A stretch of 43,331 bases of DNA from an uncultured Clostridia bacterium (GTDB lineage: Bacteria; Bacillota; Clostridia; TANB77; CAG-508): NCBI GenBank assembly GCA_944391795.1, contig CALXUW010000031.1, forward strand, positions 1-43,331. The letters are read 5' to 3'. Numbering within the stretch: the first letter of the stretch is position 1; each line of letters starts with the position of its first letter. Below the pieces are notes generated by a model. The model had not been told where the DNA came from, did not search any database, and saw only the letters and a program-made list of their open reading frames with translations. Position numbers and translations under genes: made by a program. Of this stretch, positions 22,098 through 30,718 are shown piece after piece.

Positions 22098-22903
22098 GCG
22101 GTTTTTATTGACCGCTTACATTCAATCAAATCATAAAAATTACCAAATCGATACCCTTGAGCCCTCAAATAATAAATAGAATCCCTCAAAATCTTCGAAC
22201 TATCATTAACAGCAGAAGTATCATGCATTAAAACAACCAAAGTCCCTTTATTTTTAGCCGATTTTTTTAAATTATTCAATAACTGCTCATTTGTATATTT
22301 TGTTTCAGAATCCTTATTTAAGCAGTTCCAATCAACATAAGAATAATTCATTTGAGAAAGAAGTTTAAGAGCTTCTTTCTTTTTATCCTTATAATTAGCT
22401 GACATATATCCATTTGGAAATCTAAAAACATGTGAAGAATAATTAGAAACACCAATTGCCTTTCCAATTTCTATATCTGTATTTTTTATTTCAGAAATAA
22501 AACTATTATTGCTTGCATATAGTTTTGAATTATTGTGGCTATAACCATGATTTGCTATATAATGACCTTCTTCATATTCCCTTTTTACAATTTCAGGATG
22601 TTCTTTTACATGTTTTCCGACAACAAAAAAAGTAGCCTTTACATTTTCTTCTTTTAATATATCTAATATTTTACTAGTAGTCTTCAAAGTAGGACCATCA
22701 TCAAAAGTTAAATAAGCAATTTTTTCTTTAGATTTGGTCAAAGTTGAAATCTTTTCTTCAAAGTTTAAGCCAATTACACTATTTGCGGTTAAGTCTACTG
22801 CTAAAGAAAAAGTATTACTAAAATACAAAAATATAAAAGCTAACAAAATTATAAAAAAACAAATTATAAATATCAATTTTTTATTTAAGACAAATATTTT
22901 CAA
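22085..22903 (-). CDS. NodB-homology polysaccharide deacetylase with N-terminal TM anchor (3' end is 22085, or 22105 if the terminal CGG shifts)
   Basis: AYLTFDDGP, FFVVGKHV, HGYSH, LVVLMHD motifs. Confidence 0.8.
   Translation of the reverse strand: MKIFVLNKKLIFIICFFIILLAFIFLYFSNTFSLAVDLTANSVIGLNFEEKISTLTKSKEKIAYLTFDDGPTLKTTSKILDILKEENVKATFFVVGKHVKEHPEIVKREYEEGHYIANHGYSHNNSKLYASNNSFISEIKNTDIEIGKAIGVSNYSSHVFRFPNGYMSANYKDKKKEALKLLSQMNYSYVDWNCLNKDSETKYTNEQLLNNLKKSAKNKGTLVVLMHDTSAVNDSSKILRDSIYYLRAQGYRFGNFYDLIECKRSIKTAYLQ
22095..22118. terminator. Shared hairpin between convergent genes
   Basis: taagcggt-ttttattg-accgctta. The minus-strand arm contains the in-frame CGG of the deacetylase gene. 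Confidence 0.5.
22112..22114 (-). other. In-frame CGG 9 codons before the stop; outcome undecidable from sequence
   Basis: The zero frame gives ...ECK-R-SIKTAYLQ* (end 22085). The +1 frame gives ...ECK-GQ* (end 22105), which would remove the overlap with ORF 21831-22097. Confidence 0.4.
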
Positions 22904-22954
22904 ACAATTTCACCTAAGATAAATATATGAACTTTAAATAGATAAAATGTTAAT

Positions 22955-23642
22955 TTATTTAATACTATTTGCCTCATCTTGAGAAATATACCCATATTCT
23001 ACCATTTTATTTAATACATGTTTTTGTCTTTTTTTGGCTAAGTCTGGATTAACTGTTGGAGCATATACAGACGGAGCATTTGGAACTCCTGCCAACATTG
23101 AAGCTTCATCTAAATTCAAGTCTTTGGGTAGTTTATTATAATATCCCATACTTGCTGAATAAATTCCATAATACCCATCTCCAAAATAAGAGGTATTTAC
23201 ATATAGTTCGAAGATTTCATTTTTGGTGTAGTTTTTTTCTAAGTCATATGCTGCAAATACTTCTCCTAATTTTCTTGACAATGTTTCATCTTGAGATAAT
23301 ATAACATTTTTGGCAACTTGCTGAGTAATTGTACTTCCGGCCTTCTCTTAATTCAAAATTTGTTATATTTACAAAAAGTGCTCTTGCAATTGATATAAAA
23401 TCTAATGCTCCATGATCATAAAATCTGTGGTCTTCTACTGCAATTACAGCATTTCGATAATCTTCTGACATTTCATCGAATTTTGTAAAATTTTGAGAAG
23501 TTGTTATTTTATCTATTTTAGTAATTAATGGTTCATCTTTTAAGGCAGAGGTGTATGTAGAATAACCAATTATGAAGAAAATGGTTAAAGTTATAATTAT
23601 TGCTATTAATAAAAATATTAAAATCTTTTTAAAAATTTTCAT
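22955..23642 (-). CDS. Monofunctional peptidoglycan glycosyltransferase (GT51, MtgA-like, ~228 aa), read through one in-frame CGG +1 site
   Basis: Track ORFs 23286-23642 and 22955-23281 join. Motifs: TM anchor, AVEDHRFYDHGALD, ELREG-GSTITQQVAKN (after the skip), RKLGEVFAAYDLEKNYTKNEIFELYVN. Confidence 0.88.
23337..23339 (-). other. In-frame CGG on the minus strand, +1 frame change (GGC CGG AAG)
   Basis: Restores the invariant GT51 motif GGSTITQQ. The zero frame stops at 23286. Confidence 0.88.
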
Positions 23643-23835
23643 ATGTACCTCATTTCTTTTTTCTACATTATATAATAAAATATTTTAATTTTAAATAGTA
23701 TTCATAAAAAATTAAGAAGATTGCAGATTAGATAATATCTCTTAATAAAAAACAGAGTAAGCCAAAAAAGAAATTTGACATACTCTGATAATTAAGTTTT
23801 GATAGGTTAATTTTCGTAGTGCAATATATAATTAT

Positions 23836-24153
23836 TTATGCTACTTTTATTCCTGTATCAATTATTTCTTGAACAAAAGGATTGCCTTCTTCAAAATCTT
23901 TCATTTTTATTGGATGTGGCTCTATTCTAGCATCTATATCCCAAGTCATTCCCATTAAAATTGCCATACAATCATAAATATCTTCAAAATCATCTGAAAT
24001 AACTGCAATGTCAATATCACTATCTTCATTTTCAGTTCCTTTTGCATAAGAACCGAACAATATAATTGCTGTGACATTGTATCTTTTTTTAATTTCTTCT
24101 ATAAATTTATTAACACTATCCATAATTTCTTGATTTATTGCTCTTTTAACCAT
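23836..24153 (-). CDS. Minimal nucleotidyltransferase (MNT-type antitoxin-like) without an adjacent HEPN partner
   Basis: ILFGSYAKGTENEDSDIDIAV signature. Confidence 0.75.
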   Translation of the reverse strand: MVKRAINQEIMDSVNKFIEEIKKRYNVTAIILFGSYAKGTENEDSDIDIAVISDDFEDIYDCMAILMGMTWDIDARIEPHPIKMKDFEEGNPFVQEIIDTGIKVA

Positions 24154-24260
24154 TTTTGAACCTCCTCAATATTTTTTACTTGTTCTTGAGTATAAGAATT
24201 GGTACATTTCAAATCAAAAGTTTTTTTATAATCATCATACCTAAAATCTATATTATTCAT
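24135..24260 (-). CDS. Possible 41-aa ORF overlapping the MNT start by 19 nt
   Basis: GAGGAAACAAA-ATG; MNNIDFRYDDYKKTFDLKCTNSYTQEQVKNIEEVQKWLKEQ*. Below the ORF-track size cutoff and has no homology support. Confidence 0.3.
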   Translation of the reverse strand: MNNIDFRYDDYKKTFDLKCTNSYTQEQVKNIEEVQKWLKEQ

Positions 24261-24394
24261 TTTGTTTCCTCGCTTTCTTCACTATTTTATTATAACATTT
24301 AAAATAAATTTTTACTATATATTATAAATAATAAATATAAATTTTTTAATTAGACATCTTTTAAAAATTATTATATACTAAAAAAGGTGATTTT

Positions 24395-25351
24395 ATGAAC
24401 AAGAAAGAATTAGTCGAATACTTAAAAAAGAACATGCCATTTTTTTCAGGAAGTGAAGAAGAACAAGAAATAAAAAAAGCATTATATATCTACATTGAAT
24501 TAGGAAAAATAAAAGCTTTTGACGAAAGATATTTTTTCGGTAATTCAGAAACTAAGAAAAAAATGGTTAAAAAAGCCAGAACTGGCTTTAAGAATATGGA
24601 TGAATTAGCAAGCAAGAAAAAAATAACATGTATAACTTTAACAAAATTATATTGTGATATATTAAAAGAATTTAATATAGATGCATACGAAAGTCAGCCA
24701 ACCATGGAAGATGACCACATTTATCCAATAATTAGATTTAAAAAAGGAAAAAATTGTATAGCAGACTTACAAAGTGATTTAACAAACATACAAACAAGAT
24801 CAAGATTATCAGGTTTTAAATATTATGAAGATGAAAAAGAAAATCAAGAATTTTTAACTAAATTCTTAATCGAGTTAGGCTATATTACTAAAGAAGAAGA
24901 CTATAAAGATGAAAAAATAAATAATTTAAAACAAAAACTAGAAGGATTAAATGTGCAAGAGCTATTAGAAAAAATACTATCAGATGATGATATAAACAGT
25001 GATAATATGGATATGGGAATTGTTGAAATAAATACATTTTATAGAGGTGTTTTAAAGAAATTAATAAAAGAAGATTTAGATAACAAAGTACATATATTTA
25101 ATTGTTATAGAATAAAAGAAGGAGAAAAAAGTTATACTCCTTGCATTTTTTCAGAATATAAAAATAATGTAAGATGTTATTTATTTTCAAAAAAATACAA
25201 TCGATTTATTTTAGTTACTCTAGAGCAAATGGAAAATTTAGAAAATCAAGGTTTAGTTTTAGGGGTAAGAGAAAAAGAAAATGGCTCAAAAAAACTAAAA
25301 AAATATATAAGAAACTTTAGAAAAAACAATAAAAATGCTCCTAGTTTATAG
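24395..25351 (+). CDS. Hypothetical protein (318 aa); possible transglutaminase-like Cys/His/Asp arrangement
   Basis: ITCITLTKLYCDIL ... DDHIYPIIRF ... ADLQSD ordering resembles a papain/transglutaminase-like triad. This is weak. Confidence 0.45.
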   Translation: MNKKELVEYLKKNMPFFSGSEEEQEIKKALYIYIELGKIKAFDERYFFGNSETKKKMVKKARTGFKNMDELASKKKITCITLTKLYCDILKEFNIDAYESQPTMEDDHIYPIIRFKKGKNCIADLQSDLTNIQTRSRLSGFKYYEDEKENQEFLTKFLIELGYITKEEDYKDEKINNLKQKLEGLNVQELLEKILSDDDINSDNMDMGIVEINTFYRGVLKKLIKEDLDNKVHIFNCYRIKEGEKSYTPCIFSEYKNNVRCYLFSKKYNRFILVTLEQMENLENQGLVLGVREKENGSKKLKKYIRNFRKNNKNAPSL

Positions 25352-25450
25352 TAAAAGAGTTTAGGCTTGACTTTTTTTACTGATATTTATATAATTAGCA
25401 AAAAAATGCATTATTTGAATTTAAGCAATATAAGGAAGGAATGAAAAAAT

Positions 25451-26005
25451 ATGAAAGAAGAATTTTTAAAATTACTAAGAACCGTCAAAAGAGAAGGAAT
25501 AGAAGATCTTATAAACTTTTTAGAAAAATCAGATTTTTTCAAAGCACCAGCTAGTACTAAATTTCATGGAGATTATGAAGGCGGTTTAGTAGAACATAGT
25601 TTAAAAGTATATGAAATTTTAAAACATAAAGTAAGCAAATGTATAATGCCAATAAATATAGAAGAAGAATCAATAATAATAATTGGATTACTACATGATA
25701 TATGTAAAACAAATTTTTATAAAATAGATTACAGAAATGCCAAAAACGCATTAGGCGTATGGGAAAAAGTACCATATTACACAGTAGAAGATACTATACC
25801 TTATGGACATGGTGAAAAATCTGTTATGATGATAACAGAATATATAAAACTAACCCCAGAAGAAAAATATTCAATTCGCTGGCACATGGGATATACTGAA
25901 CCAAAAGAATTATATAATTCAATTGGTGCAACATATAAAAAATATCCAATAGCATTATTAACACACGAAGCTGACTTAGAAGCAACATACTTATATAATA
26001 CATAG
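25451..26005 (+). CDS. HD-domain phosphohydrolase
   Basis: FHGDYEGGLVEHS ... LLHDICK ... YGHGEKS ... THEADLEA. Confidence 0.75.
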   Translation: MKEEFLKLLRTVKREGIEDLINFLEKSDFFKAPASTKFHGDYEGGLVEHSLKVYEILKHKVSKCIMPINIEEESIIIIGLLHDICKTNFYKIDYRNAKNALGVWEKVPYYTVEDTIPYGHGEKSVMMITEYIKLTPEEKYSIRWHMGYTEPKELYNSIGATYKKYPIALLTHEADLEATYLYNT

Positions 26006-26193
26006 TACAAATACATTATTATAAATAAAGTAAGAAAAAAGTGATAATAAAACTAAATAAAAATTCATTTAAACTAAATACAAAAAACTATTTTATTAAA
26101 TTTGTCAAAAAGGTTTATAGGTAAAACCAAAAAAACCTAAATAAATATAAAGGAGAAATTGATATATTTGCCAAATATATCAAGAAAAGAAAA

Positions 26194-26820
26194 ATGTTAG
26201 CATATATAAAAGGAACATTAGAAATGAAAATGACAGGATATGTAGTAGTAGATGTTGGAGGCCTAGGTTATAAAATATTTATGTCAGATTCAAGTATAGA
26301 CACGCTAGGAAACATAGGAGATACTGTAAAAATACACACTCATTATAGAGTAAGAGAAGATGATATAAGCATATTTGGATTTAATACACTAGAAGAACTA
26401 AAAATGTTTGAACTACTAATAGGAGTAAGTGGAGTGGGAGCAAAAACAGCACTAGTAATGCTTTCTGCTTGTAAACCATCTGAATTTGCATTAGCAGTAA
26501 TATCAGAAGATATAAAGACACTAACTACAATACCAGGAATAGGTGCAAAGTCAGCACAAAGAATAATATTAGAGTTAAAAGACAAAATAAAGAAAGAACA
26601 ACAAATAGAAGAATTAAAGATGGCAAGTAGCAATAATTCAAACTTAAAAATAAAACAAGCAATAGAAAAAGACAACATACTTTCAGAAGCAATTGCAGCA
26701 CTTCAAGTATTAGGATATAACAGAAAAGAAATAGAAAAAACATTTGAGAAAATTCAAGATAAAACAAATCTAACCACAGAAGAATTAATAAGAAAAGCTT
26801 TGGCTTTTTTAGGGAGATAA
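26194..26820 (+). CDS. ruvA: Holliday junction branch-migration complex subunit RuvA
   Basis: MLAYIKGTL...VVDVGGLGYKIFMS, HhH motifs GVSGVGAKTA and IPGIGAKSAQRIILELKDK. Confidence 0.9.
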   Translation: MLAYIKGTLEMKMTGYVVVDVGGLGYKIFMSDSSIDTLGNIGDTVKIHTHYRVREDDISIFGFNTLEELKMFELLIGVSGVGAKTALVMLSACKPSEFALAVISEDIKTLTTIPGIGAKSAQRIILELKDKIKKEQQIEELKMASSNNSNLKIKQAIEKDNILSEAIAALQVLGYNRKEIEKTFEKIQDKTNLTTEELIRKALAFLGR

Positions 26821-26880
26821 ATAAGTGCTTAAACAATTATAAAGTAGAATAATAATGTAAAAATTTTCAATAAGGAAGTG

Positions 26881-28121
26881 ATGTCAAAAATGGATAAAAA
26901 TGAACCACTAGCATTTAGAATGAGACCAAAAACATTAGAAGAATATGTAGGACAAGAACATGTAATTCGGAAAAGACAAAATATTATATAGAACCATAAA
27001 AGCAGATAGATTATCAAGCATTATTCTATTTGGTCCTCCTGGATGTGGTAAAACATCACTTGCAAAAGTAATTAGCGAAACAACCAAATATAAATTTTAT
27101 AAAATAAATGCAGTAACAGCAGGTGTAGCAGATATAAAAAAAGTAATAGAAGAAACCAAAAAATTCATGTTAAATCCAACAGGAAAAAGTATATTATTTA
27201 TTGATGAGATACATAGATTTAATAAATTACAACAAGATGCATTACTACCATTTGTAGAAAATGGTACAATAATTTTAATAGGAGCAACAACTGAAAATCC
27301 ATACTTTGAAGTAAACAAAGCTCTAATATCTAGGTCAATGGTAATAAAATTAAATCCTTTAACAGAAGAAAACGTATATACCATCTTACAAAATGCCCTA
27401 AAAAGACCAGGTGGACTTCGGAGAATATAATATAAAAATAGAAGAAAAAACCCTAAAAAAACTAGCATCAATCTCAAATGGAGATGTAAGAACAGCTCTA
27501 AATGGTTTAGAAATAGCAGTTCTAACAACCCCAATAAGTGAAGATGGTTACATACATATAACAGACGAAATAATAAAAAATAGTGTACAAACAAGAAAAG
27601 CAGTATTTGACAAAAATGGAGACAGTCATTATGACAACATAAGTGCATTTATAAAATCCATGAGAGGCTCAGACCCAGATGCCACAGTATTCTATCTAGC
27701 AAGAGCATTAAATGGAGGAGAAGACCCTATGTTTCTAGCAAGAAGAATAGTAATATGTGCCTCAGAAGATGTAGGCTTAGCAAATCCAAATGCATTAGTT
27801 GTAGCAAACAATGCAATGCAAGCAGTACATATGATAGGAATGCCAGAAGCAAGAATAATATTATCAGAAGCAGCAATATATGTTGCAACATCAAAAAAAT
27901 CAAATTCAGCATATATGGCCATAAACAAAGCCTTAGAAGATGTGCAAACAAAAGACACAGGAGAAATACCAATGCACATAAGAAATGCACCAATAGAAAA
28001 AATGAGAGAATTAGGATATAACGAAGGTTACTTATATCCACACAATTTCCCAGGTCACTATGTAGAACAGCAATATTTACCAGACAAAATGCTAGGTACA
28101 AAATACTACAACGAAGAATAG
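26881..28121 (+). CDS. rarA: Replication-associated recombination protein A (RarA/MgsA, ~412 aa), read through two in-frame CGG +1 sites
   Basis: ATG 26881 (RBS AAGGAAGTG). Motifs: PLAFRMRPKTLEEYVGQEHVI-GKDKIL...LFGPPGCGKTS, FIDEIHRFNKLQQDALLP, GGL-GEYNIKIEE...GDVRTALNGLE, GDSHYDNISAFIKSMRGSDPDA. Confidence 0.9.
26968..26970 (+). other. In-frame CGG, +1 frame change (ATT CGG AAA)
   Basis: The zero frame stops 7 codons later. The +1 frame leads into Walker A GPPGCGKT. Confidence 0.88.
27419..27421 (+). other. In-frame CGG, +1 frame change (CTT CGG AGA)
   Basis: The zero frame stops at 27430. The +1 frame continues into the conserved RarA C-terminal half (track ORF 27411-28121). Confidence 0.88.
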
Positions 28122-28205
28122 GGACAATTTGGGACGTTTCCAAACTGGACAAAATGTCCAATTGGGAAACGTCCCAAATTGGACATTTTGTCCAATCTGG
28201 GACAC
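28121..28205. repeat. Palindromic intergenic repeat, copy A (full length with extra flanking half-sites)
   Basis: gggacaatttgggacgtttccaaactggacaaaatgtccaattgggaaacgtcccaaattggacattttgtccaatctgggacac. Starts on the G of the rarA TAG stop. Confidence 0.85.
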
Positions 28206-28301
28206 ATCTTGCAAAATTATCTTTTCTTTAATAGTAACGTTTTTATGGTATTTACATAATATATACTAACAACGTAAAGTTGTAAGAAAGGATGATAATA
28301 A

Positions 28302-28760
28302 ATGGGGATGGATGATAAAAAACACTTTTGTCCAGTTTTAGATGTAGACGGAGTAATTTCAGGAGGTAAACAATTTGATTTAGACATTACTCTACCAGAA
28401 GACAATCGTGACGTAATTTATGGAGTCGTAAAAAATTGTTTTCAAGAACCAGTATGTGATGCAGTTGTCAAACTAGTAGAAGTTGTTTGTGAAAATGGCA
28501 AAGAAGAAAGAAGACCAATAGGCCATACATTTACAGACAAAGAAGGAGAATTCGTATTTGGACCTCTTTGCCCAGGAAGAGAATATGCTATCCAAATATG
28601 GGTTAATGATACTAGAAAAATGAAAATATGTGCAAAATGTCATCACGAAGGAAGATGCCTAAAAGGCGAAAAACATGATAAATGTGATTGCTTTTTAGAT
28701 GGAAAACACGATGATTGCGACAAATGTGATGAACAAAAAGAGGAAAAATGTGAAGGATAA
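28302..28760 (+). CDS. Hypothetical protein with a carboxypeptidase-regulatory-like beta-sandwich core and a Cys/His/Asp/Lys-rich tail
   Basis: VIYGVVKN...DAVVKLVEV...TDKEGEFVFGPLCPGREYAIQIW, then CAKCHHEGRCLKGEKHDKCDCFLDGKHDDCDKCDEQKEEKCEG. Confidence 0.55.
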   Translation: MGMDDKKHFCPVLDVDGVISGGKQFDLDITLPEDNRDVIYGVVKNCFQEPVCDAVVKLVEVVCENGKEERRPIGHTFTDKEGEFVFGPLCPGREYAIQIWVNDTRKMKICAKCHHEGRCLKGEKHDKCDCFLDGKHDDCDKCDEQKEEKCEG

Positions 28761-28947
28761 AGAAATAAACTAAAGATATGAACTAAATATAAGAATATAA
28801 AAAAATTTAAATATGTATTTATAAAACTAAGATGAAGTATAAAAATATACTTTATCTTAGTTTAAATATTAAGAAAAGTTTTATTAGGGGAGTATATTAG
28901 TATATAGTAAATTTTAAATAAGTACACCTAAATTTAAAATTACATAA

Positions 28948-29088
28948 TTAAGCAATCCCCATTTTTTTAGCAATTTGTTTTCCCTTTTTCATCATTTTTT
29001 TCTTATTCATTATATTAGATTCTGTATACATCATAACTAATCCAGTTGTAATTAAACCTCCAATCATAACACCTTTTATAAATTTCAT
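28948..29088 (-). CDS. Possible 46-aa small membrane protein
   Basis: GGAGGTGAAAAATA-ATG; MKFIKGVMIGGLITTGLVMMYTESNIMNKKKMMKKGKQIAKKMGIA*. Strong RBS and one TM helix; below the track cutoff. Confidence 0.45.
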   Translation of the reverse strand: MKFIKGVMIGGLITTGLVMMYTESNIMNKKKMMKKGKQIAKKMGIA

Positions 29089-29176
29089 TATTTTTCACCT
29101 CCGCCTTATTATTTTACATATTTTGTTTTTTGGTTTTTTAATATACCTTAATTAATTACTATATTTATTATCTCTT

Positions 29177-29545
29177 TTATTTTTTTGTTTTATACAATTT
29201 AATTATGGAATTTATTTCATTTACAGCAATTAATAATAAAAAAATCCCAAAACATTTTTTTAAAATAGTAACATCTATATGTATAGATATATTTGCCCCT
29301 ATTATAGCTCCTAATATACCAAAAATTGAAATAATAATAGCTAATTTTAAATCTATATTTTTATTTTTAAAATTAACCCAAATTGCAACTATCGCTGTAG
29401 GAATAAAAAAAATTAAATTTGTAGCTTGAGCTATATGTTGTTCTACACCCATCACAAAAGAAAGAAGAAAAATTAAAATAGTTCCTCCTCCCATACCAGT
29501 TCCACTTACAATTCCAGATAACAAACCAATTAAAACCTCTGCCAT
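29177..29545 (-). CDS. Half-size TauE/SafE (DUF81) family membrane transporter subunit
   Basis: GLLSGIVSGTGMGGGTILIF ... GILGAIIGANIS; ~122 aa; 4 predicted TM helices. Confidence 0.7.
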   Translation of the reverse strand: MAEVLIGLLSGIVSGTGMGGGTILIFLLSFVMGVEQHIAQATNLIFFIPTAIVAIWVNFKNKNIDLKLAIIISIFGILGAIIGANISIHIDVTILKKCFGIFLLLIAVNEINSIIKLYKTKK

Positions 29546-29554
29546 AACAAAAAA

Positions 29555-29904
29555 TTATGAAAATAACATTCTATATGATACATAAAATAAAAACACAGTA
29601 AATACTATTTTCATTATCCTTTCTGGTAACTTTTTTAACAACTTAGCACCGAAAATATCCACCCACTGCACCGTCCCGCAGCACAAAGCACAGCTATTTT
29701 CCAATCAATAAAATTACCCTTATAATAAAAGAAACTACTTGTTATCACCATAGGAAGAATACAAAAAACAGACGTCCCCCTAGATTTAGTTGCATCCAAC
29801 TTAAGCAAATGCACAAATGCAGGCACAAGTATCATTCCTCCACCAGTTGAAAACAAACCACTCACAATCCCTGCCAAAAGTCCAATTATAATTTTTTTAA
29901 CCAT
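29555..29904 (-). CDS. Half-size TauE/SafE (DUF81) family membrane transporter subunit (~115 aa), read through two in-frame CGG +1 sites 7 codons apart
   Basis: GLLAGIVSGLFSTGGGMILVP...LCAAG-GAVGGYF-GAKLLKKLPERIMKIVFTVFLFYVSYRMLFS*. Stop at 29555-29557, 9 nt before the next gene's ATG. Confidence 0.7.
29649..29651 (-). other. In-frame CGG (in the already shifted frame), second +1 change (TTT CGG TGC)
   Basis: In phase only after the first shift. Without a second shift the frame stops 2 codons later. With it the sequence reads GAKLLKKLPERI..., typical of the family's last helix. Confidence 0.75.
29671..29673 (-). other. In-frame CGG on the minus strand, +1 frame change (GGA CGG TGC)
   Basis: The zero frame gives AAG-RCSGWIFSVLSC*. 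The +1 frame gives AAG-GAVGGYF, the family GAxxG motif. Confidence 0.75.
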
Positions 29905-29951
29905 AATAAAAACCTACTTCTCTTAAGTAGGTTACCCAATTTTTTAAAAAT

Positions 29952-30020
29952 TATGTCCAATCTGGGACGTTTCCCAATTGGACAAAATGTCCAATTGAGA
30001 AACGTCCCAGATTGGACATA
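29952..30020. repeat. Palindromic intergenic repeat, copy B (near-perfect 33-nt arms)
   Basis: tatgtccaatctgggacgtttcccaattggaca-aaa-tgtccaattgagaaacgtcccagattggacata, with one arm mismatch. Lies immediately 3' of the stop of gene 30022-30555 (-). Confidence 0.9.
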
Positions 30021-30021
30021 A

Positions 30022-30555
30022 TTAAAATTTAAGATTAATTTCTTCATTAAATTCTGTCTTATACCAGTTATTTAATGTTTTCCTGTTTTTAAAAATTAAA
30101 ATTTTTTTATCTTTATTTTCATTTAATATTTTTTCTACTGTTTTTCTGGTTTTAAAATTCCATTTTGCAGTATACTTTATAAAGTGAAAATCCATTTTTT
30201 CTTTGCATCCTGGAATTTCTGGCTTTTCTTTTCCTTTGTTTTTTATATATCTTGAAAATATTCCTTTAAGTTTTGCAAGTGTAGAATAATTTAAAAATAT
30301 TATCATATCTGTTCTTTTTAGTCTTTCATCTAGAGTTGACTTATATGTTCCGTCAATTACCCATTTAGGTTCTTCAATTTTTTTTAAAATTATTCCATCT
30401 CGATCATTTTTATCTCTTTTTTTCCAATTTTCTAAATGATCAAAAGCGTCTAAATGATATATTGGATAATCTAGTTTTTTTCCAATGTTTTCAGCAAGTG
30501 TAGTTTTTCCGGTGCCAGGTCCTCCTATAATTGAGATTCTGGTTTCATTAATCAT
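30022..30555 (-). CDS. P-loop kinase-like protein (DNA topology modulation protein FlaR / adenylate-kinase-like family)
   Basis: RISIIGGPGTGKTTLAENIGKKLDYPIYHLD...WVIDGTY. Confidence 0.7.
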   Translation of the reverse strand: MINETRISIIGGPGTGKTTLAENIGKKLDYPIYHLDAFDHLENWKKRDKNDRDGIILKKIEEPKWVIDGTYKSTLDERLKRTDMIIFLNYSTLAKLKGIFSRYIKNKGKEKPEIPGCKEKMDFHFIKYTAKWNFKTRKTVEKILNENKDKKILIFKNRKTLNNWYKTEFNEEINLKF

Positions 30556-30689
30556 AAACTTTCCTTCCCTTTCATATTTTAAATTAAATAATAGTAATTT
30601 AAATTAGACATATTTAATAATATTATAAATTCAAGATATATGCAATATATTGTAAAAAAATTTATGAATATAATTTACTAAAGTAATAC

Positions 30690-30718
30690 TTGAAACACAA
30701 ATTCTAATATAATATAAT
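30690..30718 (+). promoter_or_regulatory. Sigma-A type promoter for dapA-dapB
   Basis: TTGAAA (30690-30695), 17-nt spacer, TATAAT (30713-30718). It overlaps the track's ATG 30717, which favours a downstream start. Confidence 0.45.

Noticed and set aside
28121-30020. The palindromic repeats as a CRISPR array
   Set aside because: There are only isolated copies kilobases apart. Each is internally palindromic, there is no regular repeat-spacer periodicity, and there are no cas genes.
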